Assembly (NCBI RefSeq): GCF_022773025.1
Contig: NZ_JALEZF010000064.1
Length of the DNA stretch: 64,000 nt
Origin: Clostridium sp.
GTDB taxonomy: Bacteria > Bacillota > Clostridia > Clostridiales > Clostridiaceae
Direction: 5' to 3' (one strand)
The notes below the pieces were generated by a model that ran no database searches, was not told the DNA's origin, and saw only the letters and a program-made list of their open reading frames with translations. Both the position numbers and the translations under genes were made by a program. Shown piece by piece: positions 19,049 to 28,687 of this stretch; the first letter of the stretch is position 1; the number at the start of each line of letters is the position of its first letter.

Positions 19049-19738
19049 ATGTTTACACCAGTTAAAAATACCAAAGTATATGAATGTGTTGTAGAACAAA
19101 TTAAATTAATGATAAATACAGGTCAACTTAAAAAAGGAGATAAGCTTCCCACAGAGAGAGAAATGTCAGAGCAGCTTCAAGTGAGTCGAGCATCTGTAAG
19201 GGAAGCTCTTAGAGCCTTGGAGGTAATAGGCCTTATTGAAAGCAAACAAGGGGCAGGCAATTTTATAAAAGAATCTTTTGGAGGAGCACTTTTTGAGCCA
19301 TTGTCTATAATGTTTACTATAGAAAATAGTACAGGTGATAGTATTTATGAGATAAGAGAGATACTAGAGCTTGAAACTGTAAAATTAGCTGCAGCTAGAA
19401 TTAGTGAAGAAGAATTAATGTCAATGAAAAAAACTGTTGAAGAGATGATGAATTGTGATGATGAAAGCAATAATATAGAGCTAGACAAGGAGTTTCACTA
19501 CACAATAGCCAAAGCTTCAAGAAATATGTTGATAATTAATTTTCTTCAAGTAATATCAGAGCTCATAGACGAATTCATAAAAGACTCAAGAAGCAAAATT
19601 CTAGTTGAGAAAAAGAATAGAGCGAGACTTATGAACATACATTACAGCATATATGAGGCCTTAAAAGATAGAAATTCAGATAAAGCATATGAGGCTATGA
19701 AAGAACACTTCATAATAATAAGAGAATATATGGAATGA
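19049..19738 (+). CDS. GntR/FadR-family transcriptional regulator (LctA/LldR-like)
   Basis: N-terminal GntR wHTH (…KLPTEREMSEQLQVSRASVREALRALEVIGLIESKQGAG…) and C-terminal FCD domain. I prefer the ATG at 19049 (AAGAGGA RBS), because a TGnTATAAT-like -10 overlaps the ORF-track ATG at 19010. Confidence 0.8.
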   Translation: MFTPVKNTKVYECVVEQIKLMINTGQLKKGDKLPTEREMSEQLQVSRASVREALRALEVIGLIESKQGAGNFIKESFGGALFEPLSIMFTIENSTGDSIYEIREILELETVKLAAARISEEELMSMKKTVEEMMNCDDESNNIELDKEFHYTIAKASRNMLIINFLQVISELIDEFIKDSRSKILVEKKNRARLMNIHYSIYEALKDRNSDKAYEAMKEHFIIIREYME

Positions 19739-19934
19739 TTGTTAAGAAAAATACAGAAATCTATGGTAAACAATGAAAACTATAGTTTTTGTATTTTTTT
19801 TATAAATTAAAATAGTCAGAAAATAGCCTGATATAAATAGTATACGGTTACAAAAAAATAATGATCGAATATGATAAAATAATAACAATTGTTCCATATT
19901 AAAGAAAAAGGTAGTAATATAAAGATAAATAAAT

Positions 19935-19945
19935 TGGTCTGACAA
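19935..19945. promoter_or_regulatory. Candidate FadR/LldR-type operator half-palindrome upstream of etfB
   Basis: TGGTCTGACAA fits the TNGTNNNACNA consensus of GntR/FadR-subfamily operators. It lies 30 nt upstream of the etfB start. Confidence 0.4.
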
Positions 19946-19974
19946 CCTTACGAATATGAAAGAGGAGTGATTTT

Positions 19975-20763
19975 ATGGATATAGTAGTATGTATTAAACA
20001 AGTACCAGGAACTTCGAAAGTTGAGGTAGATCCTATTACAGGAGTTCTTAAGAGAGATGGTATAGACACTAAAATGAATCCTTATGATTTATATGCATTG
20101 GAGACTGCTTTGAGATTAAAGGAAAAGAATAATGGCACAATAAAGGTCATTTCTATGGGACCACCTCAGGCTACGGAAGTTATAAAAGAAGCATTTTCCA
20201 TGGGAGCAGATGAAGGAATTTTAATATCGGATAGAAAATTTGCAGGAGCAGATGTATTGGCTACCTCATATACCATATCTCAGGGAATAAGAAGCCTTGG
20301 AAAGTTTGATTTAATAATCTGTGGAAAACAAACTACAGATGGTGACACTGCCCAAGTTGGAGCAGAGGTTGCTGAATATTTGGATATTCCTCATGTGGCT
20401 AATGTAAAAAATATATTAGAAGTGAATGATAGCTCTCTAAGCTGTGAGATGGATCTTCCAGAAGCTTTAGAATTAGTAGATATAAAGTTTCCTTGTTTAA
20501 TAACAGTAGATAAGGATATATTTCAGCCAAGACTTCCTTCATATAAGAAAAAGTTAGATACGAAAGATAGAAAAATAAATATCATATCCCTAAAAGATTT
20601 TAGTGACAAGGATGAGAAGAAATATGGATTAAATGGTTCACCAACTCAAGTTGAAAGAATATTTCCACCTGAATCTAAAGCTCATCATGAGATAATACAA
20701 GGAAATTCAGATGAGATTACTAAAAAAGTAGTTTCAAAATTAAAAGAATTAAAATTCGTATAA
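19975..20763 (+). CDS. etfB: Electron transfer flavoprotein beta subunit (LctB-like)
   Basis: [13 protein letters not shown]… is the canonical EtfB N-terminus. 262 aa. Confidence 0.9.
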   Translation: MDIVVCIKQVPGTSKVEVDPITGVLKRDGIDTKMNPYDLYALETALRLKEKNNGTIKVISMGPPQATEVIKEAFSMGADEGILISDRKFAGADVLATSYTISQGIRSLGKFDLIICGKQTTDGDTAQVGAEVAEYLDIPHVANVKNILEVNDSSLSCEMDLPEALELVDIKFPCLITVDKDIFQPRLPSYKKKLDTKDRKINIISLKDFSDKDEKKYGLNGSPTQVERIFPPESKAHHEIIQGNSDEITKKVVSKLKELKFV

Positions 20764-20779
20764 AGGGGAGATAAAGACA

Positions 20780-21967
20780 ATGGGGAGACTTGTTATAAAC
20801 CAAGAAAAAATACAAGATATAAAAAAGATTATTAGTATATGTCCTTTTGGTGCAATGGAAGAACAAAATGGGCATCTAGAAATAAACTCCAACTGTAAGA
20901 TGTGTAAGCTTTGCGTAAAGAATGGACAAGGTGCAATTGAATTTGTAGAAGAGAAAATTCAGGCCATAGATAAAAGTCAATGGCAGGGGATAGCGGTATA
21001 TGTAGACCATGTTGAAGGAAATATACATCCTGTTACTTTTGAACTTATAGGAAAAGCTAAAGAGCTAGCTAAAAAGATAAATCAAAAGGTATATTGTATA
21101 TTTATAGGCTACAACATAAAGAGTAAGGCAGAAGAACTTCTTCACTATGGAGTAGATGAAGTAATGGTATATGATAGAAAAGAATTAGAGGATTTTAGGA
21201 TAGAACCATATACATTTGTATTTGCTGATTTTATAAATAAAGTCAAGCCATCCTCTATACTAGTAGGAGCTACTACTGTAGGAAGATCATTAGCGCCAAG
21301 AGTTGCGGCTAGATTTAGGACAGGACTTACTGCTGACTGTACAGTACTTGATGTAAAAGAAAACTCGGATTTAGTGCAGATAAGACCTGCCTTTGGTGGA
21401 AACATAATGGCTCAAATTAACACACCAAATTCTAGACCGCAAATGGCTACAGTAAGGTATAAAGTTATGTCATCACCTTTAAGAGAAAGTAATGCATCAG
21501 GGCACATAAATTTTTGTGATATAGATAGTAGAAAACTAACTTCAGGTATAAATGTGAAGAGTATAATACCTAAAGAAAAAGAACATAGCATATCAGAAGC
21601 TGAAGTAATAGTTGCAGTTGGAAGAGGAATCAAGAGTGAAAAAGATATGGAAATGATAAAAGAACTTGCAAATGTGCTTCATGGAGAAGTTGGTTCTACT
21701 AGACCACTTATAGAAAGTGGATGGATGGATGCAAAAAATCAAATTGGACTAAGTGGAAAAACTGTTAGACCAAAGCTTATCATAGCTTGTGGTATTTCAG
21801 GAGCAGTTCAGTTTACTGCAGGAATGAACAATTCAGACTGTATATTTGCAATAAACAAAGATCCTAAAGCACCTATCTTTAAGATTGCCCATTATGGAAT
21901 AGTAGGAGATATATATGATATAGTTCCTAAAATTATAGATGAAATTAAGAGTGTAGGGGAGGTATAG
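20780..21967 (+). CDS. etfA: Electron transfer flavoprotein alpha subunit with N-terminal ferredoxin-like Cys-cluster domain (LctC-like)
   Basis: The N-terminal roughly 60 aa contain CPFGA… and CKMCKLC… motifs. The remainder is EtfA with the FAD-binding tail …[14 protein letters not shown]…. Confidence 0.88.
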   Translation: MGRLVINQEKIQDIKKIISICPFGAMEEQNGHLEINSNCKMCKLCVKNGQGAIEFVEEKIQAIDKSQWQGIAVYVDHVEGNIHPVTFELIGKAKELAKKINQKVYCIFIGYNIKSKAEELLHYGVDEVMVYDRKELEDFRIEPYTFVFADFINKVKPSSILVGATTVGRSLAPRVAARFRTGLTADCTVLDVKENSDLVQIRPAFGGNIMAQINTPNSRPQMATVRYKVMSSPLRESNASGHINFCDIDSRKLTSGINVKSIIPKEKEHSISEAEVIVAVGRGIKSEKDMEMIKELANVLHGEVGSTRPLIESGWMDAKNQIGLSGKTVRPKLIIACGISGAVQFTAGMNNSDCIFAINKDPKAPIFKIAHYGIVGDIYDIVPKIIDEIKSVGEV

Positions 21968-21969
21968 TT

Positions 21970-23367
21970 ATGGAATATAAAGCAGTAAATTCTGAGGATA
22001 TACAGTTCATTAGCCATATAATAAATGATGAGGAAAGAGTATTTCATGGAGAAAATATAAATGAAGATTATAGCCATGATGAATTAGGCGGAGCAAAAAG
22101 AATGCCTGATATTGTTGTAAAAGTCATTTCTACAGAAGAAGTCTCAAAAATTATGAAGTATGCTTATGAGAATAACATACAAGTAACACCTAGAGGATCA
22201 GGAACTGGACTTGTTGGAGCGGCAGTTCCTATACATGGTGGAATTGTAATTGATTTGAGCAGTATGAATCAAATACTAGATTTAGATGAAGAAAACTTAA
22301 CATTGACTCTAGAACCAGGAGTTCTTTTAATGGAAATATCAAAGTATGTAGAAGAACATGATTTGTTTTACCCACCTGATCCAGGAGAAAAGACTGCAAC
22401 TATAGGCGGAAATATAAATACAAATGCAGGTGGAATGAGAGCAGTAAAATATGGAGTTACTAGGGACTATGTAAGAGGTATGGAAGTAGTTTTACCAAAC
22501 GGAAAAGTAGTAGAGTTTGGTGGGAAAGTTGTAAAAAATAGTTCGGGATACAGCCTAAAAGATTTAATGGTTGGATCAGAAGGAACTTTAGGGATTATAA
22601 CAAAGGCTACATTAAAACTTCTGCCATTACCAAAGAAAGCAATAAGCCTTTTAGTACCATTTAATGATTTAGGACAAGCTATAGATACAGTACCTAAAAT
22701 AATAAAATCAAAATCAATCCCTACAGCAATAGAGTTTATGGAAAGAGAAGCGATAACTGCTGCAGAAGAGTTTTTAGGAAAGAAGTTCCCAGACAATTCG
22801 GCTAATGCATATCTACTACTTACATTTGACGGAAATTCTTTAGAGGAGGTAGAATCTGCTTATGAGAAAGTGGCTGATATATGTCTTGAACAAGGAGCTA
22901 TAGACGTGTTTATATCTAACACTGAAGAGAGACAAGAGTCTATTTGGTCAGCTAGAGGAGCTTTTTTAGAAGCAATAAAGGCATCTACTACAGAAATGGA
23001 TGAGGTTGACGTAGTTGTACCAAGAAATAAGGTTGCAGAGTTTGTTAAGTTTACCAAGGATGTAGAAAAGAAGAATGAAATAAGAATAAGAAGCTTTGGA
23101 CATGCTGGAGATGGAAATCTTCATGTATATATATTAAGAGATGCTTTAGGAAAAGAGCAATGGGAAAAGAAGCTTAATGAATCTATGGAGGATTTGTATA
23201 GTAAAGCAAGAGAGTTGATGGGACAAGTGTCTGGAGAGCATGGAATAGGTTATGCTAAAAAGACTTATCTAAATGAATCTCTGTCAGAAGAAACAATAGA
23301 AATAATGAAAGGATTAAAAATGGCTTTTGACCCTAAAAACATTTTAAATCCAGACAAAATAGTTTAA
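21970..23367 (+). CDS. FAD-binding oxidoreductase, GlcD/LctD-type (Etf-dependent lactate dehydrogenase candidate)
   Basis: PCMH-type FAD-binding domain (…[16 protein letters not shown]…) and C-terminal FAD-oxidase domain (…[11 protein letters not shown]…). Immediately follows etfBA. Confidence 0.85.
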   Translation: MEYKAVNSEDIQFISHIINDEERVFHGENINEDYSHDELGGAKRMPDIVVKVISTEEVSKIMKYAYENNIQVTPRGSGTGLVGAAVPIHGGIVIDLSSMNQILDLDEENLTLTLEPGVLLMEISKYVEEHDLFYPPDPGEKTATIGGNINTNAGGMRAVKYGVTRDYVRGMEVVLPNGKVVEFGGKVVKNSSGYSLKDLMVGSEGTLGIITKATLKLLPLPKKAISLLVPFNDLGQAIDTVPKIIKSKSIPTAIEFMEREAITAAEEFLGKKFPDNSANAYLLLTFDGNSLEEVESAYEKVADICLEQGAIDVFISNTEERQESIWSARGAFLEAIKASTTEMDEVDVVVPRNKVAEFVKFTKDVEKKNEIRIRSFGHAGDGNLHVYILRDALGKEQWEKKLNESMEDLYSKARELMGQVSGEHGIGYAKKTYLNESLSEETIEIMKGLKMAFDPKNILNPDKIV

Positions 23368-23626
23368 AAAATTTTTTATTAGTGATTATTTATCAAAAAA
23401 GTGGGCATATAATAAATAAGAGTTTAAAAGAGAGAGTCTAAATTTAATATAGGGATGTTTTTGAAATTTATGTTGTGCTTTTTAGTGCTATGTGTTATCA
23501 TGAGATATACGCTTGTGGGAAAAGTCTCATAAACGAGATTTAATACTGATTTAAACATTCCCTTAGGAGTCTAGAATCAATTTTAAATCTAAATTAAATT
23601 TTTATAGAAAAAAGGAGAATGTTTAA

Positions 23627-23797
23627 ATGGCAGATAAGACTATTGTATGTAAAGATTGTTCAAAGGAGTTTGTTTTCACTGAGGGAGAGCAAGCATTCTA
23701 CAAAGAAAAAGGATTCGAAAACGAACCAGTAAGATGCCCAGAGTGCAGAAAAGCTAGAAAGCAACAAAGCAACAACAACAGAGGATTCAGAAGATAA
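23627..23797 (+). CDS. Small zinc-ribbon protein (zf-trcl-like, 56 aa; below the ORF-track cutoff)
   Basis: AAGGAGA RBS. MADKTIVCKDCSKEFVFTEGEQAFYKEKGFENEPVRCPECRKARK… has two CxxC pairs and the F.F..GEQ.FY..KGF..P.RC..CR motif. Confidence 0.7.
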   Translation: MADKTIVCKDCSKEFVFTEGEQAFYKEKGFENEPVRCPECRKARKQQSNNNRGFRR

Positions 23798-23808
23798 TAT
23801 TTGAATTT

Positions 23809-23848
23809 AAAAGACCTATAAGAGTAATCTTATAGGTCTTGTTTTTTT
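23809..23848. terminator. Bidirectional intrinsic terminator
   Basis: AAGACCTATAAG...CTTATAGGTCTT forms a 12-bp stem followed by GTTTTTTT. Confidence 0.85.
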
Positions 23849-23850
23849 AT

Positions 23851-24720
23851 CTAAACATATAGATTTAATTTTTTTATATAAGTGCGTATTGCATGAGCAA
23901 CACCATTTTCTGTGTTCTTTAATGTAGTGAAAGAACAAAGTTTTTTGATTTCTTCTCTAGCATTCCCCATGGCTATGCTGTAATGGGCTACTTTAAGCAT
24001 ACTTAAATCATTAAAGCTGTCACCTATAGCCATTGTCTCATCTAAAGATACATTAAGGTGAGATGCAAGACATTTTAATGCATGTCCCTTTGAAGTTATA
24101 GATTGAGTGACTTCAAAGTTGTAGTCAGTAGAAGCAAAGGTAGCGAATTCGGGTTTACTATTGCAGTAATCCATAGCTTTTTGACGTTTGTCTTGGTCAA
24201 AAGTTACAACCTGTAGGTTAAGAGGCTTGTCCTCTACAGATAGAATTTCTTCAGCAGATGAAAGTACAAGCTTATTTGCTTGAGATTGTAATGCTCCAAC
24301 TATATTAAGATGAAGGGCATCAGAGTAATTATATTTGTCTTTTGCTCTATAGAAATCATCCTTTAATGTATCAAAAGCTGTATCTAGATACATGTTGTTA
24401 AAGTCATTTTCTATTTCATAAAAATAATCATTTCTCTCAAGCCAATCAACAGCATCTTTAAGGGCTGATGAATCTAATTCAAAGGTTTCAAGGAATTCTC
24501 CATCTTTTGAGCACACTGAAGCACCATTGTTAGAAATGATATGAGTTTTTATTCCAGCTTCGTCTATAAGTGCTTTTGCATCGGCATAGTATCTTCCAGT
24601 ACAGATAGATACCTCTATTCCAAGATTTTGAGCAAATTTTATTGCTTCTGCATTTTCACGGGATATTTTGTGGTCTGAGTGTAGTAAAGTTCCATCTAAA
24701 TCTATTGCTATAAGTTTCAT
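23851..24720 (-). CDS. Cof-type HAD-IIB family hydrolase (sugar phosphatase)
   Basis: DLDGTLL, CTGR and GDSFNDLSM motifs. Downstream of deoR on the same strand. Confidence 0.85.
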   Translation of the reverse strand: MKLIAIDLDGTLLHSDHKISRENAEAIKFAQNLGIEVSICTGRYYADAKALIDEAGIKTHIISNNGASVCSKDGEFLETFELDSSALKDAVDWLERNDYFYEIENDFNNMYLDTAFDTLKDDFYRAKDKYNYSDALHLNIVGALQSQANKLVLSSAEEILSVEDKPLNLQVVTFDQDKRQKAMDYCNSKPEFATFASTDYNFEVTQSITSKGHALKCLASHLNVSLDETMAIGDSFNDLSMLKVAHYSIAMGNAREEIKKLCSFTTLKNTENGVAHAIRTYIKKLNLYV

Positions 24721-24742
24721 ATAAATCCTCCTAAAGTTTAAA

Positions 24743-25504
24743 TTATTCTGTTACTATCAAATTCACGTTATTTTCATCCAAGATCTTCATGAAATCTTCA
24801 TTAGGCATTTTGTCAGTTATCATTATGTCTATGTCTTTTAAATCGCAGATCTTTATAAATGATGTTTTGCCAAGCTTTGAGTGATCTATGAGAAGTATTA
24901 CCTCATCAGAATTTTTGATCACTTCTCTTATTATAGCTGCAGCATCCTCATAAATACCTGTTAATCCTTTTGAACTTAGGGATGAACCACCAATAAATGC
25001 TTTGTTAAAGTGATAGTTAGAAAGCATTGATAAAGTCGATGGGCCATAAAGATATCTATGATAAGTATTAAGGGTTCCACCCAATATGGTTATGTTCATA
25101 TTAGAATTCTTAGATAAAATATCTCCTAAGTTTATAGAATTGGTAACTACGTTCAAATCATCAGTGATTATAAGTTCTGCTAAATTTTGAACTGTGGTAG
25201 AGGTATCCATAAATACAGCTTCACCTTGATTGATAAAGGATAGTGATTTTGTAGCTATTTTATATTTCTCTTCAGATTCTATAGAAAGTCGTTCTCTGTA
25301 TGGTTTTATATCGTAATGTTCAGAGCTAGGGAGTATAGCACCTCCATGAGTTCTGACGATACATCCGTTTTTCTCTAAAAGAACTAAATCACGTCTTGCA
25401 GTATCCCTTGATACATCGTAAAGTTTGCAAATTTGATCTATACTTATACGCTTGTTCTCAGAGAGAAAATTCAAAATAGAATCCATTCTTTCCTGCTGAA
25501 ACAC
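24743..25504 (-). CDS. DeoR family transcriptional regulator
   Basis: N-terminal DeoR HTH (…ISIDQICKLYDVSRDTARRDLVLLEKNGCIVRTHGGA…) and C-terminal sugar-phosphate sensor domain. GTG start with GGAGG RBS. Confidence 0.88.
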   Translation of the reverse strand: MFQQERMDSILNFLSENKRISIDQICKLYDVSRDTARRDLVLLEKNGCIVRTHGGAILPSSEHYDIKPYRERLSIESEEKYKIATKSLSFINQGEAVFMDTSTTVQNLAELIITDDLNVVTNSINLGDILSKNSNMNITILGGTLNTYHRYLYGPSTLSMLSNYHFNKAFIGGSSLSSKGLTGIYEDAAAIIREVIKNSDEVILLIDHSKLGKTSFIKICDLKDIDIMITDKMPNEDFMKILDENNVNLIVTE

Positions 25505-25574
25505 CTCATTACCTCCTATCGAAATAAGTATTTCACTTAAATTATAAGATGATTTAGAAGAAATCTCAAGTTTT

Positions 25575-25605
25575 TATAAGTAATTTTAATTAAATATAAG
25601 TAATT
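25575..25605. promoter_or_regulatory. Direct repeat pair TATAAGTAATT x2 in the deoR / galK-like divergent intergenic region (candidate DeoR operator)
   Basis: Identical 11-mers at 25575-25585 and 25595-25605, spaced 20 bp start to start (two helical turns). Confidence 0.35.
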
Positions 25606-25755
25606 GATATAAAATGTCTCATTTAAGGAAGATGAATAAGAAAAGTGATAAATGAAAACTATGAAATTTCTTTAAATGATTATGGATATATCTGCATTTA
25701 TTTCTACTTGAATTAATAAAGATAATATAAGAGTAAAGTAGGAGGGCGATACCAT

Positions 25756-26868
25756 ATGGTATATGAAGAACAATTAATTACTTGTCCAGCAAGTATAAAT
25801 TTGATGGGGGACCAACTGGCATACAATGGTGGTGTAATAATATCATTAACAATGGGAAAAAAATTCACTATGAGTATCAAAGGTAGAGGTGATGATACTA
25901 TAAAACTCACATTTCCTAAGAGTACTTTAGAAATGCATATAAAAAATATTGAAAGTCAAAGGTTAGAAGGAGCAGAAGGATTTACAGAATATAACGGGGA
26001 AGCTTTGATTAACTTGATATTAAAAGAATTGAAGAAAAATAAAATCATGATATCTAAAGGGTTTGAAGCAGAATACAATTTTGATTTAGCTTCTTACGAA
26101 AAAAATAGTACAACCATAGCATTTGAGTTTTTAACTCTAAAAGGGATTAATAATATAAATAATTACAATTTAAGCGATGCTGATATGGAAAGCATAAATG
26201 AAAATATACAGGTAAGAAAAGGAAGGGGATACAGAGGTACTAGCGAAAGCTTTATGATGAATATGTGCAAAGAAAATCAAGGACATGTTCTCTATTGTCA
26301 AAGCTTAAAACACGAATCCATACCAGTGAATTACGATGGATATTCAATAATCATATCCTCTAATGATAATTTGAGTAGAAGAAACTTTGAGGAGGGAAAG
26401 ATACGTCAATGTAATGATGCTCTTCAAAAGTTTCAAAGACTAGTGAATATATCTTCCTTATGCAACTTGTCTACATCGGAATTTGAAAAGTTTAAGGGCG
26501 TTTTAGATAAGGATACATTGAAGGTTGTTGCTTATGTAGTTTATGAAAACTCCATAGTGAAAAATAGTATTCAAAAATTAAAGAACGGAAATATAAAGGA
26601 TGTGGGGATGATTATGAAAAAATCCCATGAAGAATTAAAAAATCTTTATGGGATAGTTAATGAGGAACATGATTTTATATTCAATGAAGCCATAAAGATA
26701 GAGGGGTGCATTGGAAGCAAGATGAGCGAAAGCTCCCTAGGAATGTGTAATTTGAGTATTGTAAAAGATGAGGCTGTAGATGATTTTAAGAAAAGGTTAG
26801 GAGAAGAATATAAGACTAGATACCATGAGGATTTAAGCTTTTATGTTCAGTCTCTCAAGAATAAATAA
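25756..26868 (+). CDS. Galactokinase-like GHMP-family protein with degenerate catalytic and ATP-binding motifs
   Basis: N-terminus PASINLMGDQLAYNGG compared with the GalK signature GRVNLIGEHTDYNGG. Motif II is replaced by DLASYEKNSTTIAFE. Motif III GSKMSESSLGMC compared with GARMTGAGFGGC. The C-terminus is GalK-like (…YKTRYHEDLSFYV). Confidence 0.6.
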   Translation: MVYEEQLITCPASINLMGDQLAYNGGVIISLTMGKKFTMSIKGRGDDTIKLTFPKSTLEMHIKNIESQRLEGAEGFTEYNGEALINLILKELKKNKIMISKGFEAEYNFDLASYEKNSTTIAFEFLTLKGINNINNYNLSDADMESINENIQVRKGRGYRGTSESFMMNMCKENQGHVLYCQSLKHESIPVNYDGYSIIISSNDNLSRRNFEEGKIRQCNDALQKFQRLVNISSLCNLSTSEFEKFKGVLDKDTLKVVAYVVYENSIVKNSIQKLKNGNIKDVGMIMKKSHEELKNLYGIVNEEHDFIFNEAIKIEGCIGSKMSESSLGMCNLSIVKDEAVDDFKKRLGEEYKTRYHEDLSFYVQSLKNK

Positions 26869-26919
26869 TAGAGCAATTTCAAACAATAAACTATGACTAA
26901 ATTAAAAGGAGCTATACAT

Positions 26920-28386
26920 ATGGTGAATTTTAAAAATATACAAAAGAATCGTATCTACAAAAATCTTTTTAATGGACAATGGGTAGAAAGTGATAGGGAT
27001 GAAAATATAGAAATAAAGTCACCTATAGATGATAGTACTTTAGGCTATGTTCAAGCTATGACCAGGGAAGAGGCAGATAAAGCTATTGAAAATGCATATG
27101 ATGCACAAAAATATTGGAAGCAGGTACCTATTAATAAGAGAGCAGACATTCTTCATAGAGCCGCCAGTATTTTAGAGGAAAATGCAGAGGAAATAGCTGA
27201 AGTTCTAACTATGGAAATAGCAAAGGATAAGAAGAGCTCACTGGCAGAAGTCACCCGTACAGCTGATTATATTAGATTTTCTGCTGATGCAGGAAAACAG
27301 CTTGAAGGAGAAACTATTCCTGGAGACAGTTTTCCTGGAATTGAAAAAACTAAAATATCTGTAGTGACTAGAGAACCTTTAGGTGTAGTTCTTGCCATAT
27401 CACCTTTTAACTATCCAATAAACTTATCAGCATCAAAAATTGCGCCTGCTCTTATTTCAGGAAATTCTGTTATCCTAAAGCCGCCTACTCAAGGATGCAT
27501 ATCAGCATTATACCTAGCAGAGGTTTTTAATAAAGCTGGTCTTCCTAGAGGAGTTTTGAATACAATAACAGGAAAGGGTAGGGATATAGGAGATTATGTT
27601 GTGACTCATCCTAAAATAGATTTTATAAACTTTACAGGGAGTACAGAGATTGGTCAACATATTTCAAAAATAACTACCATGAAGCCTGTGCTTCTAGAAC
27701 TTGGAGGAAAGGACGCAGCTATAGTTTTAGAGGATGCAGATTTAGATGAAGCAGCAAAGAATGTAGCAAATGGGGCATATTCATATTCGGGACAGAGATG
27801 CACCGCCGTAAAAAGAATTCTAGTAATGGAAAAAGTCGCAGATGAATTTTCAGCAAAACTCAAGAGATTGGTGGAAGAATTATCAGTTGGAGACCCTAGA
27901 GAAAATAAGGTCATAGGACCTCTTATCAATGATAAGTCTGCTGATTTTGTTATGGAGTTAATAGAAGATGCAGAGAAAAAAGGGGCGAAACTCCTAGTTG
28001 GCGGAAAGCGTGAAGGAAAGCTTATATATCCAACATTATTTGATTATGTGAATCTTGATATGAGAATAGCATGGGAGGAACCTTTTGGACCAGTGCTTCC
28101 TATAATAAGGATAAAATCCATAGATGAAGCTATAGAAATTGCAAATGAATCTAAATATGGACTTCAAAGTTCTATTTTTACAAAAGACATAGATAAAGCA
28201 TTTTATATAGCAAACAAATTAGAAGTAGGAACAGTGCAAATAAACAATAAACCAGAAAGAGGGCCAGATCACTTCCCATTTTCGGGAGTGAAGTCGTCAG
28301 GAATGGGCACTCAAGGCATAAAATATTCTATAGAAGCTATATCCAGATTAAAGGCAGTGGTTTTGAATTTGAAAAAAGAAATATAG
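26920..28386 (+). CDS. gapN: NADP-dependent non-phosphorylating glyceraldehyde-3-phosphate dehydrogenase
   Basis: Near-collinear resemblance to streptococcal and clostridial GapN (…LAISPFNYPVNL…, …FKPPTQG…, ELGGKD, GQRCTAVKR catalytic Cys, …EEPFGPVLPIIR…). I prefer the ATG at 26920 (AAAGGAG RBS). Confidence 0.9.
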   Translation: MVNFKNIQKNRIYKNLFNGQWVESDRDENIEIKSPIDDSTLGYVQAMTREEADKAIENAYDAQKYWKQVPINKRADILHRAASILEENAEEIAEVLTMEIAKDKKSSLAEVTRTADYIRFSADAGKQLEGETIPGDSFPGIEKTKISVVTREPLGVVLAISPFNYPINLSASKIAPALISGNSVILKPPTQGCISALYLAEVFNKAGLPRGVLNTITGKGRDIGDYVVTHPKIDFINFTGSTEIGQHISKITTMKPVLLELGGKDAAIVLEDADLDEAAKNVANGAYSYSGQRCTAVKRILVMEKVADEFSAKLKRLVEELSVGDPRENKVIGPLINDKSADFVMELIEDAEKKGAKLLVGGKREGKLIYPTLFDYVNLDMRIAWEEPFGPVLPIIRIKSIDEAIEIANESKYGLQSSIFTKDIDKAFYIANKLEVGTVQINNKPERGPDHFPFSGVKSSGMGTQGIKYSIEAISRLKAVVLNLKKEI

Positions 28387-28687
28387 AAATAATAATGCAA
28401 GACATGTATCTTTATGTTTTATAGATATATGTCTTTTTTATTTTGAGTAAAAAAAGTGAACTGTCTCTATAGGTTGAGGGGAGAGGACAATCCACAATAA
28501 TGAGTTCGATAATCTATAAAATTATTATGCCATATAATGGGTTTTCAAAGAATACATATATATTTCAAAGTTGTTATAAAAAGATTACAAAAATTTCTGG
28601 GTAGTTATAACTATTTAACCATTGAACTCTTAGGGTATGATTAAATATAATTATAAGTATAGATTAAAAGGTAAAGAGAGGATAGAT

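Noticed and set aside
19742-19945. 67-aa minus-strand ORF between the GntR gene and etfB. The ORFs 13105..13287 and 39728..39967 are of the same kind.
   Set aside because: These are AT-rich promoter regions translated by chance, with no RBS, and they overlap regulatory sequence or a real gene start.
23455-23532. 25-aa hydrophobic sORF (MFLKFMLCFLVLCVIMRYTLVGKVS) in the leader of the zinc-ribbon gene, superficially resembling a type I toxin
   Set aside because: The ATG directly abuts AGGG with no spacer, no antisense RNA promoter is evident, and the peptide is shorter than known clostridial type I toxins.
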